Notes: generated from the sequence alone by a model not told the origin. A stretch of 64,000 bases of DNA from Clostridia bacterium (GCA_045651805.1 JAZRTB010000026.1:283-64282), one strand, 5' to 3'. Shown: positions 19,460-28,692, counted from the stretch's first letter. A program made the numbers and translations.

Positions 19460-19687
19460 GGGAATAGGAAAAAATGTTCAGAACACACAAATGGAACCGA
19501 AGGGATACCCGAAGGCGTATGTGGATACGCCGAGAGGTGACATTTGTGCGTAACAAAACGAATCAATCCGAAATTTGCATCGCAAATTTCTACCTAAGAC
19601 ACTTAAAAGAACTTTGTTCCGACACTGAATAAAATCTTCTCTCCAAAACACTATTCGTTTTGCGGTCTGGGCATTTTTAACATTCCC
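19460..19687 (-). repeat. Copy D of the TIR-bounded structured element (~228 bp)
   Basis: The minus strand starts GGGAATGTTAAAAATGCCCAGACC and ends GTTCTGAACATTTTTTCCTATTCCC. It begins 9 nt after the oxidoreductase stop. An extra partial left end (GGAATGTTAAAAATGCCCA) lies at 19435-19453. Confidence 0.85.
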
Positions 19688-19696
19688 AATCCACTA

Positions 19697-20734
19697 TCAA
19701 TTCATTTTAATGTCTGTAAGATCAGCTACTGTATGATGCTTTTCCGCATCGTACATCTTCCAGATTACCTGCAAGCTCTTAAGTGCAGTTTTGCCGTCAG
19801 TAAGAGGAGTTTCACCTGTGCGGATACATTTTGCAAAATGTCTGATTTCAAACTGTGTCATCTTACCGATTGCAGTATGATCCTTCCAGACAACCGTGTA
19901 TTTCTGGTCTTCTGCCTGATTTACAATATGATGATGATTCTGGTTATAAAGTTTGATTTCACCTACGGCACGGTCATACTCGAGAAGTCCCTTTTCAGTC
20001 ATAATCTGACAGTCCCAACCGAGCTTTGTACCTCTTGCACCCCATGTAGCACCGTGATAACCGAGTGCACCGTTTTCAAACTTGAAGATAGCAACGCTTG
20101 TACCTTCTCCGAGAATCCACGGAACGCCGACCTTTGTTCCGAAGTGTGCACCCTCAACAGGGTTACCGAGGAACCACAACAAAATGTCAACATAGTGACA
20201 GCCGTGGCTGAAAAACTGACCGCCGCCAAGACGTGCAGTAGCCTTCCAGATAGTTTCACTGTCGTACTTTGTAAGCTGCTCTGTCCAGATTGACATCTGC
20301 ATAACCTGACCGTACTCACCGCTGTCAATCATTTCCTTAAGTTTAACAATGCCGGGCCAATGACGAACGGGATATGCACACTGAAGCACAACGCCCTCAT
20401 CTTCGCAAGCCTTGATAAGACGGAGACATTCTTCCTCTGTATTGCAAAGAACCTTTTCCATAAGAATATGCTTTTTACTTCTTGCAAAGAACATACCGCA
20501 TTCATAGTGCAAATCGTGAGGAAGTGCAACGAGAACAGCATCAACGTAGTCCACCATTGTCTTCCAGTCTGTTGTAACGTAAGCATCGGGCTTAATTTTT
20601 GCAAAGTCCTGTGCCTGCTCAATTATAATATCACAAAAGGCGGTGATTTCCACTTCTTCTACTTCCGAGAGACTTTCAACGTGAGCTCTCATCATTTTAC
20701 CGCAACCAACAATACCAAGTCTTAATTTTTCCAT
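19697..20734 (-). CDS. Gfo/Idh/MocA-family NAD(P)-dependent oxidoreductase
   Basis: MEKLRLGIVGCGKM Rossmann N-terminus. The start is chosen 8 nt behind an AAGGAAAGGA RBS. Confidence 0.85.
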   Translation of the reverse strand: MEKLRLGIVGCGKMMRAHVESLSEVEEVEITAFCDIIIEQAQDFAKIKPDAYVTTDWKTMVDYVDAVLVALPHDLHYECGMFFARSKKHILMEKVLCNTEEECLRLIKACEDEGVVLQCAYPVRHWPGIVKLKEMIDSGEYGQVMQMSIWTEQLTKYDSETIWKATARLGGGQFFSHGCHYVDILLWFLGNPVEGAHFGTKVGVPWILGEGTSVAIFKFENGALGYHGATWGARGTKLGWDCQIMTEKGLLEYDRAVGEIKLYNQNHHHIVNQAEDQKYTVVWKDHTAIGKMTQFEIRHFAKCIRTGETPLTDGKTALKSLQVIWKMYDAEKHHTVADLTDIKMN

Positions 20735-20881
20735 TTTTATCATCCTTTCCTTAAGATACTTTTATTATAAAATGTTTTTTATCAAAAGTCTTTAGACATA
20801 AAAACCGTATTTTTGCACATTTGGTATCAAATCGCTTGATTTTTAGGACACAATATTTTATAATGTAACAAGGTGATAAAA

Positions 20882-21769
20882 ATGAAGCTTCGAAAAGAAA
20901 CAAATATAAACAATGCTTTTACCGTAGATTCAATCATAACCGTATATTATCTTGACTGGGAAAAAGCAATGAAAAATTCCCCCTCAAACCATAATGTTTC
21001 CTATAATTTCTGGCAGCTTTTATATGTGGATCGCGGAGAATACACCTGCCGTATAGAGGAAGATTTTCACAAGCTTTCCTCCGGACAGATGATTCTTGCA
21101 GAACCAAACAAGGTCAGAACATCCATTTCCTGCAACAATGCAATGATAGCAATTATAAGCTTCCGCTGCCTTTCCGAGGGAATGAACAATATAAAAAATA
21201 AAGTTATCACCCTTTCGGACGACGACAGAAAATTAATCTCTAAAATTTTTACAACCGGAACGGATATTTTCAAAACAGTTCCCGATAATCCTTTTTATGA
21301 CGGACAACAACCGAAAGACGGAACTGCGGATTACGAGCTGCAGATGATAAAAAATTCTCTTGAGCTTCTTTTTATCAACGTGTATGAGCCTTACAGAAAA
21401 GAAATAAAAGGACAGCCCTCGGCACAAAATCATATAAATTATTATGAAAAAAAATTCCGTCTGATTGAAAGCTATATGCTGGCAAATCTTTCCGGAAATA
21501 TCACCCTGAACGAAATATCAATATCAACCGGCTTCAGTTTAAGCACTATAAAACGTATATTCCAAAGTCAGGCAGGGTGCGGTGCTTTGCATCATTTTAT
21601 AAAGCTTAAAGTAAAAGAGGCAAAACGCCTTATAAAAGAAACCGATATGTCTATGACGGAAATTTCAGAAAGGCTGGGTTTTTCAAGCATACACTATTTT
21701 TCGCGGATATTTAAAAATATTACGGGCGTATCACCGAGTCAATATGCAAAATCAGTCATTAGAAATTAA
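20882..21769 (+). CDS. AraC-family transcriptional regulator
   Basis: C-terminal double HTH (ISERLGFSSIHYFSRIFKNITGVSPSQY). The ATG lies behind an AAGGTG RBS and the gene is divergent from the oxidoreductase. Confidence 0.85.
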   Translation: MKLRKETNINNAFTVDSIITVYYLDWEKAMKNSPSNHNVSYNFWQLLYVDRGEYTCRIEEDFHKLSSGQMILAEPNKVRTSISCNNAMIAIISFRCLSEGMNNIKNKVITLSDDDRKLISKIFTTGTDIFKTVPDNPFYDGQQPKDGTADYELQMIKNSLELLFINVYEPYRKEIKGQPSAQNHINYYEKKFRLIESYMLANLSGNITLNEISISTGFSLSTIKRIFQSQAGCGALHHFIKLKVKEAKRLIKETDMSMTEISERLGFSSIHYFSRIFKNITGVSPSQYAKSVIRN

Positions 21770-21804
21770 AAGGATGCAAACACAATCGTGTTTGCATCCT
21801 TTTA
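21768..21804. terminator. Bidirectional terminator between araC-like and rpoD
   Basis: AAAAGGATGCAAACAC-AATC-GTGTTTGCATCCTTTT. Confidence 0.75.
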
Positions 21805-21807
21805 ATT

Positions 21808-22890
21808 TTATTCTAAAAAGTCTTTTAACTTCTTACTACGACTGGGATGACGAAGCTTACGAAGCGCCTTCGCCTCAATCTGACGGATTCTTTCACGGGT
21901 TACGTCAAACACACCGCCAACTTCTTCAAGAGTTCTCGCTCTGCCGTCCTCAAGACCGAAGCGGAGACGAAGAACCTTTTCTTCACGGGGTGTAAGTGTA
22001 TTAAGAACATCCATAAGCTGTTCCTTAAGGAGCATAAATGATGCCGCTTCACTGGGTGCAGGTGCATCATCGTCGGGAATGAAATCACCAAGATGGCTGT
22101 CTTCCTCTTCACCGATGGGAGTTTCAAGAGAAACAGGCTCCTGTGCAATCTTCATAACTTCACGGACTTTTTCAAGGCTCATACCCATTTCCTTTGCAAT
22201 TTCTTCGGGAGAAGGCTCTCTGCCAAGCTCCTGCAAAAGCTGACGGGAAACACGAATAAGCTTATTGATTGTTTCAACCATATGAACGGGAATACGAATA
22301 GTTCTCGCCTGGTCAGCAATAGCACGTGTAATCGCCTGACGAATCCACCATGTTGCATAGGTACTGAACTTGTAACCCTTTGTATAGTCGAACTTTTCAA
22401 CTGCCTTAATAAGACCGAGGTTACCTTCCTGAATAAGGTCAAGGAAGAGCATACCGCGACCAACATATCTTTTTGCGATACTTACAACAAGACGAAGGTT
22501 TGCTTCGGTAAGTTTTTTCTTCGCATCCTCATCGCCCTCTGACATAAGGCGTGCATACTCAATTTCCTCATCTGCGGAAAGAAGCGGAACTTTACCGATT
22601 TCCTTAAGATACATTCTTACATGGTCGTCCACATTTACGCCTTCGGGAACGGACAAATCTTCAAGATCTTCCTCATCGGGATCTTCAAGAGTCTGAATTT
22701 CCGTATCAATATCACCAACAACATCAATGCCGAGCGCTTCAAGATTGTCGTGGATTTTCTCTATCTGGTCCACATCAAGTTCAAGCTCGGAAAGAGCTTC
22801 TTCAATTTCCTGCTCTGTGAGCATACCCTTCTGCTTACCTTTATCGATAAGCTCCTTTATTACCATTTTCTTATTTACTGTTTCACTCAT
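21808..22890 (-). CDS. rpoD: RNA polymerase primary sigma factor
   Basis: Region 2 ([14 protein letters not shown]) and region 4.2 ([28 protein letters not shown]). The ATG at 22890 lies behind an AAAGGG RBS. Confidence 0.93.
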   Translation of the reverse strand: MSETVNKKMVIKELIDKGKQKGMLTEQEIEEALSELELDVDQIEKIHDNLEALGIDVVGDIDTEIQTLEDPDEEDLEDLSVPEGVNVDDHVRMYLKEIGKVPLLSADEEIEYARLMSEGDEDAKKKLTEANLRLVVSIAKRYVGRGMLFLDLIQEGNLGLIKAVEKFDYTKGYKFSTYATWWIRQAITRAIADQARTIRIPVHMVETINKLIRVSRQLLQELGREPSPEEIAKEMGMSLEKVREVMKIAQEPVSLETPIGEEEDSHLGDFIPDDDAPAPSEAASFMLLKEQLMDVLNTLTPREEKVLRLRFGLEDGRARTLEEVGGVFDVTRERIRQIEAKALRKLRHPSRSKKLKDFLE

Positions 22891-22895
22891 TATTA

Positions 22896-24653
22896 TCAAC
22901 CCTTTTTCAGTTTTTTGTTTTTTGATTTAAGAAGCTCACTTATCAGCGCTATATCTCCGTCCGCTTGCGCTTTCTGCAATTTCTCATTAAAAATTTCATC
23001 CTCGATGACATTTATAAAGTCCTCCGCCGCGGAAAGACTGTTTGACACATTTCTTACCGATAAAAGCACGGTGGAGAGTGCCTGCTCACTGCCTTTCATA
23101 ACAGAAAGCAGATAATCCTCGCATTTACCGTCTTCCTTATTTTCGTAATAAGAAATAATGTTTTCAAGTATCTGTTTATGTACATCCTCCGCAAAAAGGT
23201 CTGTCGAAATATAGTCCCTGAATTTCGTATAAACCTTCTCATCTTCGGCAAGCATAGCGAGAAGCCCCGACTCTGCCGATTTTCTGCGGCTGGATTTTTT
23301 ATATGCACCTTCTGTAGTCTGGTTTACTGTTTTACGAAGTTCACCCATAACCTCTTTACGAAGGTTTTTTGCATTTGTTTTCCTCACCTCTCCGGTGATT
23401 GCCTCTGCACTAATGCCTGTTTTTGCCGAAAGGCGGTTTATATAGACCTCTCTTTCAACGGCATTTGTTATCTCCGCAAAAATCTTTGACGCTTTTGAAA
23501 GCATCTCAATCTTCTGCGCCGTGTCATTAAGGTCAACACCTTTTAAAAGCACATCCAATCTATGCTCCGTCACGGTTTTTGCATTTTTTATAAGTTCCTC
23601 AAAGGCATTCGCACCATGCTTTTTAATAAAGTCGTCGGCATCCTTTCCGTCGGGAATTGCAATAACCTTCAGTTTTGTATCGAATTCACGAAAAATCTCT
23701 GCCGCCCTTTCGCAGGCTTTCATTCCCGCCTCGTCGCTGTCGTAGCAAAGATACACGGGACTTTTCGCAATAAGCCGTGCCTGTTCACGGGTGAGTGCCG
23801 TTCCGCAGCCTGCCACCGCCGCATTTATCCCTGCCTGATGAAGAGAAATTACATCCATATATCCTTCAACAAGGATATAATACCCACGATCACTCTTTTT
23901 AGCAATGTTAAGTGCGAAAAGGTTTTTACCTTTGTCGTACACAATGCTTTCGGGGGAGTTCATATATTTTGCACCGTCACCCGAAAGAATTCGTCCTCCG
24001 AAGCCGATGACGTTACCCTTTACGTCAATTATCGGGAACATCACCCTTTCACGGAATCGGTCGTAAACGTGGCCCTTATCGTTCTGTATGCAAAGCCCTG
24101 CTTCAACCATAAGGGCACGGTTATACCCCTTCGCCTGAAGATGCTTAAGCAGGTTGTCCCATCCGCCGGGCGAAAAACCTATACCAAAGTTCGCCACGGT
24201 TTTCCCTGAAAGCTGACGCTTTGTAACATAGTCCTGTGCAACCTTTCCCTTCTCCGAAAGAAGCGTTTCGCGGAAGAAGATTGCCGCATCACGGTTCATC
24301 TTATATATTTCCTGTTTTCGTTTGTATTTTTCTTCGTTTTTTTCTATCGCTTCGTCATCTGGAAGTCTTATTCCGGCACGTTCTGCAAGAAATCTGAATG
24401 CATCGGGAAAATCAAGTCCCTCCGCATTCATAATAAACTGCATCACACTACCGCCTGCACCACAACCGAAGCAATGGTAAAGCTGCTTGTCCGCACTTAC
24501 GTGGAAGGACGGGGTTTTTTCACGGTGGAACGGACAACAACCCATATAACTGCTGCCCGACCTTTTAAGCCGTACATATCCCGAAACAACATCTACAATA
24601 TCGTTCGCCGAAATGACTTCACTTACAAGCTCTTCTGAAAAAAAAGCAGCCAT
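22896..24653 (-). CDS. dnaG: DNA primase
   Basis: Zinc finger [29 protein letters not shown] and a TOPRIM domain (VEGYMDV). Forms the dnaG-rpoD operon. Confidence 0.93.
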   Translation of the reverse strand: MAAFFSEELVSEVISANDIVDVVSGYVRLKRSGSSYMGCCPFHREKTPSFHVSADKQLYHCFGCGAGGSVMQFIMNAEGLDFPDAFRFLAERAGIRLPDDEAIEKNEEKYKRKQEIYKMNRDAAIFFRETLLSEKGKVAQDYVTKRQLSGKTVANFGIGFSPGGWDNLLKHLQAKGYNRALMVEAGLCIQNDKGHVYDRFRERVMFPIIDVKGNVIGFGGRILSGDGAKYMNSPESIVYDKGKNLFALNIAKKSDRGYYILVEGYMDVISLHQAGINAAVAGCGTALTREQARLIAKSPVYLCYDSDEAGMKACERAAEIFREFDTKLKVIAIPDGKDADDFIKKHGANAFEELIKNAKTVTEHRLDVLLKGVDLNDTAQKIEMLSKASKIFAEITNAVEREVYINRLSAKTGISAEAITGEVRKTNAKNLRKEVMGELRKTVNQTTEGAYKKSSRRKSAESGLLAMLAEDEKVYTKFRDYISTDLFAEDVHKQILENIISYYENKEDGKCEDYLLSVMKGSEQALSTVLLSVRNVSNSLSAAEDFINVIEDEIFNEKLQKAQADGDIALISELLKSKNKKLKKG

Positions 24654-24812
24654 TTCATACCCCTCTTAATATTGAGATAAAATCTCCTGATTGTTATAAG
24701 GTATTTTTCGACATCGGAAGCAAAAATCCTTTTTTTTAAGCAAAAAACCTTTGTAATATTTCCCTTTTTACAGACTTTTTATAAGAATTTTAAAATTTTT
24801 TTAAAAAATCTC

Positions 24813-24841
24813 TTTACAAATCAATTTTCTTCTGTTATAAT
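24813..24841 (+). promoter_or_regulatory. sigma-A-type promoter for tRNA-Gly
   Basis: TTTACA, 17-nt spacer, TATAAT, ending about 12 nt before the tRNA 5' end. Confidence 0.5.
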
Positions 24842-24853
24842 AATCATCGTTAT

Positions 24854-24928
24854 GCGGGAGTGGCTCAGTGGTAGAGCGTCACCTTGCCAAGGTGAACGTC
24901 GCGAGTTCGAATCTCGTCTTCCGCTCCA
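24854..24928 (+). tRNA. tRNA-Gly (anticodon GCC), CCA encoded
   Basis: The cloverleaf folds by hand: acceptor GCGGGAG/CTTCCGC, anticodon stem TCACC/GGTGA, loop TTGCCAA, T-loop GTTCGAATC. Confidence 0.93.
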
Positions 24929-24929
24929 G

Positions 24930-24960
24930 AAAAAAGCACTTCGTATGAAGTGCTTTTTTC
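24930..24960 (+). terminator. tRNA-Gly terminator
   Basis: AAAAAAGCACTTC-GTA-TGAAGTGCTTTTTT. Confidence 0.75.
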
Positions 24961-24963
24961 AAT

Positions 24964-25121
24964 TAAATCCGTCTTGCGACGGAATAAATCTGCTTCGCAG
25001 ATGAAATCACTACGTGATGAAATCTTGCTTCGCAAGGATAAAGACGGATTTGATTTCATCCAAGGATACGAGGATTTCATCCAAACTTGTTTGGATTTCA
25101 TCGTGCTTTGCACGATTTCAT
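24964..25121. repeat. Array of nested inverted 9-nt motifs interleaved with 5-bp mini-hairpins
   Basis: Four copies of (G)AT(G)AAATC are followed by four or five copies of the reverse complement GATTTCAT(C). The gaps are small palindromes (CGTC-TTGC-GACG, CTGC-TTC-GCAG, TCAC-TAC-GTGA, CTTGC-TTC-GCAAG, CAAAC-TT-GTTTG, GTGC-TTT-GCAC). Confidence 0.8.
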
Positions 25122-25141
25122 ATTACCCCCCCATCTCCTGT

Positions 25142-25165
25142 ACCGACTTTTGTCGGTGTTTTTTA
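25142..25165 (+). terminator. Hairpin plus T-run following the hairpin array
   Basis: ACCGAC-TTTT-GTCGGT followed by GTTTTTTATTT. Confidence 0.5.
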
Positions 25166-25182
25166 TTTCCCCAAAATATGTA

Positions 25183-25211
25183 TTGCCTAAATCAGCATCA
25201 TATGGTATAAT
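25183..25211 (+). promoter_or_regulatory. Extended -10 promoter upstream of the LRR-protein gene
   Basis: TTGCCT, 17-nt spacer, TGGTATAAT. Confidence 0.5.
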
Positions 25212-25345
25212 AAGCTTGTTGGATTGATTTATGCGGATTCTTCCGTATGGCATTCTTGATTTTGACATAAATACAGGCTCTTCCTATGTTGTTACAGATT
25301 TTCCTGTTACTTCTATCAATTCATCAAAGGCGGAGCTGTGCTTAT

Positions 25346-25370
25346 CATCGGCTTCGGTCGATGTTTTTTT
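25346..25370 (+). terminator. Leader terminator/attenuator in the LRR-gene 5' UTR
   Basis: CATCGGC-TTCG-GTCGATG (UUCG loop) followed by TTTTTTT, 27 nt before the ATG at 25397. Confidence 0.5.
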
Positions 25371-25396
25371 ATTTTATCGAAAAGGATGATGTGTTT

Positions 25397-27727
25397 ATGA
25401 AAAGAAAACTTTTTCTGACATCCGTTGTAATTGCTCTTTCAGTTTTATTTTTTGGTGCGGTTAACGCTTGTGCGGAAACATATTTGGGACTTAGCTATAC
25501 TAAATCTAACAATTCTATTGAAATTTCTTCTTGCCTAAACAAGGATGTTACCGCACTTGATATTCCTTCAGAAATCGACGGGGTGCCTGTAACTTCTATA
25601 GGAAGTCAGGCTTTCAAAAACTGTTCTAATCTTCAAATCCTTTCTATTCCTGAAAGCATTACGAAGATTGGTTCCTCTGCTTTTTATGGTTGCACAGGAC
25701 TTACAAAGGTTAATATATCAAATATAGATGCATGGTTTAACATCAACTTTCACACACACCACTCCAATCCTCTCTTTTACGCACATAGTCTTTATCTTGA
25801 CAATAAACTTGTCACGAAGCTCGATGTTCCCGATACTATAGACAAAATCAACAAATATACATTTTACGGATGCACCAGCATTGAGGAAGTTTATATTCCT
25901 GAAGGGATTTCTTCAATTGAATACAATGCATTTCGGGACTGTACAAACCTCACATCCATAAGTATCCCAAGCAGCCTTACATATATTGGAACGGCATCAT
26001 TCGAAAACTGTACAGGACTTGAAAGAGTTGATATAAACAGCATTGATTCGTGGTTATCTATTGAATTCGAAGACTATCTTTCTAACCCGTTAAAGTATGC
26101 TCATAAATTATATCTAAATAACAACCCTGTGACTTCAGTATCTGTTCCAAATTCAATTACTGAAATAAAAGCATTCACATTTAATAATTGTACAACCCTC
26201 GAAGAAGTGTACCTCCCGGATAGCGTTACTTCAATCGGTTTTGATGCATTTTCATATTGTTCAAACCTCAAAAAAATTAATATTCCCGCAAGTATTACTT
26301 CCATAGGCTCTGGTGCTTTTTTGTGGTGTTCCAAACTTTCTAGAGTAGATATAAATTCTATTGAATCCTGGCTTAATATTTCTTTTGCTGACGAAAGTTC
26401 AAATCCTCTGCATCGCGCTCTTAACCTTTACCTTGATGGTGAAATCGTTGAACATCTACTGATTCCTTCCAGTATTACCGAAATAAAGGATTATGCTTTT
26501 TATAATTGTCAAAGTTTAGAACGTATTACCATTCCAAGCAATTTAACAAAAATAGGATCCTATGCTTTCTCTTATTGTTCTAACATTACAAAAGTCAATA
26601 TATCGGATTTAGATGCATGGTGTAAAATTTCATTCGAAAATTCTGCATCCAACCCTCTTTCCTATGGTAAAAATCTATATTTAGATGAACAACTTGTTGA
26701 AGAAGTAATTTTTCAGGATACGGAAATAAAGCCGCTTACTTTTATTGGTTGTTCAAGCCTTAAAGTAATAACCATCCCGTACGGAGTTGTTTCTATTGGA
26801 GCTTGTGCATTTTCAGATTGTGATAATCTCACAAGTGTTTATATGCCTGACAGCGTTCTCACAATAGGCGCCGAAGCATTTTCGAACTGCGATAATCTCA
26901 CTTCAGTCCACCTTTCAAATAATATTACTTCCATAAGCGATTCCTTATTCCGTCATTGCAACAAACTGGAAAGCATAAGTCTTCATGATAAAATTACATC
27001 TATTGGCGAATATGCTTTTTATGATTGCCAAAGTCTCACTTCTATAAAAATACCTGAAAATATCACTACTATTAACGATTCTACTTTTGGAGAATGTATC
27101 AGCCTTTCTTCAATAAAACTACCAAAAGGTATTACTTCGATTAAAGATTCTGCTTTCATTGATTGTATAAGTCTTGCCAAGATAAACATTCCTGATAGCG
27201 TTACCTCAATCGGAAATTTTGCATTTGCTTATTGCAGAAATCTTACAGACGCAACTTTATCCAACAATCTTAGTTCTGTTGGTCGCGGATGCTTCGCCGG
27301 TTGTTACAATCTTGACTCTATCACGTTATCCAACAATATTTCCAAGATTAATTTAGAAACATTTGATGCTTGTACAAAATTATCAAACATCCTCTTTTAT
27401 GGCACAGAAGAACAATTCTCTGAAATCGCTGTTAGCAACAAAAACGAGCCCTTCCTCAATGCAACTGTTCACTATCTTCCCTTTACCGACACAACTGTAT
27501 CCGAAAGCGGAAAGAAATTCACAGTAGCACCCGGCAATGTAGGTAAGAACATTCCCGTCATTCTTGCATTATACAACAATGGAAAGTTTGTTGGCTTACA
27601 GACTGCTATCTACGAGGGTGAGAATTTAACCTTTGAAACAGACCTTGTCTACACCGATGCGAAGGTTATGGTATGGAATGACGAAGATTCAATCAATCCC
27701 ATAACCTATGTGGAAAAAGTAAAATAA
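25397..27727 (+). CDS. secreted BspA-type leucine-rich-repeat surface protein
   Basis: Start taken at MKRKLFLTSVVIALSVLFFGAVNACA (signal peptide). The body has about 20 repeats of the pattern IP.SVTSIG..AF..C..L..I (LRR_5 type). The region is visibly AT-richer than its neighbours. Confidence 0.85.
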   Translation: MKRKLFLTSVVIALSVLFFGAVNACAETYLGLSYTKSNNSIEISSCLNKDVTALDIPSEIDGVPVTSIGSQAFKNCSNLQILSIPESITKIGSSAFYGCTGLTKVNISNIDAWFNINFHTHHSNPLFYAHSLYLDNKLVTKLDVPDTIDKINKYTFYGCTSIEEVYIPEGISSIEYNAFRDCTNLTSISIPSSLTYIGTASFENCTGLERVDINSIDSWLSIEFEDYLSNPLKYAHKLYLNNNPVTSVSVPNSITEIKAFTFNNCTTLEEVYLPDSVTSIGFDAFSYCSNLKKINIPASITSIGSGAFLWCSKLSRVDINSIESWLNISFADESSNPLHRALNLYLDGEIVEHLLIPSSITEIKDYAFYNCQSLERITIPSNLTKIGSYAFSYCSNITKVNISDLDAWCKISFENSASNPLSYGKNLYLDEQLVEEVIFQDTEIKPLTFIGCSSLKVITIPYGVVSIGACAFSDCDNLTSVYMPDSVLTIGAEAFSNCDNLTSVHLSNNITSISDSLFRHCNKLESISLHDKITSIGEYAFYDCQSLTSIKIPENITTINDSTFGECISLSSIKLPKGITSIKDSAFIDCISLAKINIPDSVTSIGNFAFAYCRNLTDATLSNNLSSVGRGCFAGCYNLDSITLSNNISKINLETFDACTKLSNILFYGTEEQFSEIAVSNKNEPFLNATVHYLPFTDTTVSESGKKFTVAPGNVGKNIPVILALYNNGKFVGLQTAIYEGENLTFETDLVYTDAKVMVWNDEDSINPITYVEKVK

Positions 27728-27739
27728 AGCATTCAGATC

Positions 27740-27777
27740 AAAGCACCGATTTTATGTAAAAATCAGTGCTTTTTTTA
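27740..27777 (+). terminator. Terminator after the LRR gene
   Basis: AAAGCACCGATTTT-ATGT-AAAAATCAGTGCTTT followed by TTTTT. Confidence 0.65.
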
Positions 27778-27836
27778 TTGTATTTTCGTGTCACTTGTGG
27801 TATAATAATATAATAGGTATATTATGGGTGATTTAT

Positions 27837-28679
27837 ATGAATTTTTTCAAAACTAAAAAGGGAATAATCATTACTGTGATTGCGGTTATTATATTGACAC
27901 TTATTGTACGTCACATAATTGCAGAGAACAGCGTTTTTTACAAAGTCCCTTACAAAAAAGTGAATATCGAAAGCACTCTTGACAAGAAAAAACTTACCGA
28001 CGAAGATTATATGCTTATTTACGAGCAGACGGGGGTTTCTCCCGGTGCCGCCCGTGAGCTTATCAGTTTGGGATACACAGATATTCTCACCGAACTACAT
28101 GATTTATATTTCAAAGCTCCCGATACCGAAAAGCATTACATTGCTTATCCCATAACTCTGGAGGAAAGAAACAAAGTACAGAACACCCCTTTAGTTCCGC
28201 TTAAAGCAGGAGATATTCTCGTCACATTCAACACCCGCACTCTTGACTGGCGACACGGTCACTGCGGACTTGTGCTTGATGATTATGGGACGACACTTCT
28301 TGAACACATGTCGGTGGGAAACCAATCCTGTGTGACTTCGCCCTTTGAATGGGGGACATATCCCGCTTTTGCGGTATTGAGATATTCTGACAAAAAGGTA
28401 GCCGAAGATGCTGTCCGATATGCCGAGGAAAAGCTTGTTGGTGTGGATTATAACATTTTCGCAGGAATTTTCAAAAAAGATAAATCTGATGAAGAGAAGC
28501 TGTCAGACTCCCATTGTTCCCACATTGTATGGCAGGCATTCAAGACGTGCGGAGTGGATATTGACAGCAACGGCGGATTTATTGTAACGCCCCGTGATAT
28601 TGCAATGTCGGAAAAGCTTCAGGTGGTGCAGATTTACGGACTTAATCCGAAGGATTTCACATCACGTATTTTAAAGTAA
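27837..28679 (+). CDS. membrane-anchored permuted papain-like (YiiX/C92, NlpC/P60 superfamily) protein
   Basis: The ATG lies behind a GGGTGA RBS and the N-terminus is a TM helix. A His precedes the Cys (WRHGHCGLV ... SHCSHIVWQAF), as in permuted papain-fold amidases. Family assignment is from memory. Confidence 0.6.
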   Translation: MNFFKTKKGIIITVIAVIILTLIVRHIIAENSVFYKVPYKKVNIESTLDKKKLTDEDYMLIYEQTGVSPGAARELISLGYTDILTELHDLYFKAPDTEKHYIAYPITLEERNKVQNTPLVPLKAGDILVTFNTRTLDWRHGHCGLVLDDYGTTLLEHMSVGNQSCVTSPFEWGTYPAFAVLRYSDKKVAEDAVRYAEEKLVGVDYNIFAGIFKKDKSDEEKLSDSHCSHIVWQAFKTCGVDIDSNGGFIVTPRDIAMSEKLQVVQIYGLNPKDFTSRILK

Positions 28680-28692
28680 TGGAGAAATAGTT

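Noticed and set aside
19460-19687. Interpreting the conserved TCACCTCTCG box of the 5-copy element as a functional anti-Shine-Dalgarno mimic that sequesters downstream RBSs.
   Set aside because: The resemblance to the 16S 3' end is only 7-8 nt. Just two of the five copies (B and E) are followed by a gene start, and the functional strand is unresolved. It is kept as a remark and not as a claim.
24964-25121. Possible CRISPR array, because of regularly spaced short repeats. The same question applies to 29730-29915.
   Set aside because: The repeats are only 5-9 nt and the spacers 7-25 nt and themselves palindromic. Half of the repeats are in inverted orientation, and no cas genes or leader are present.
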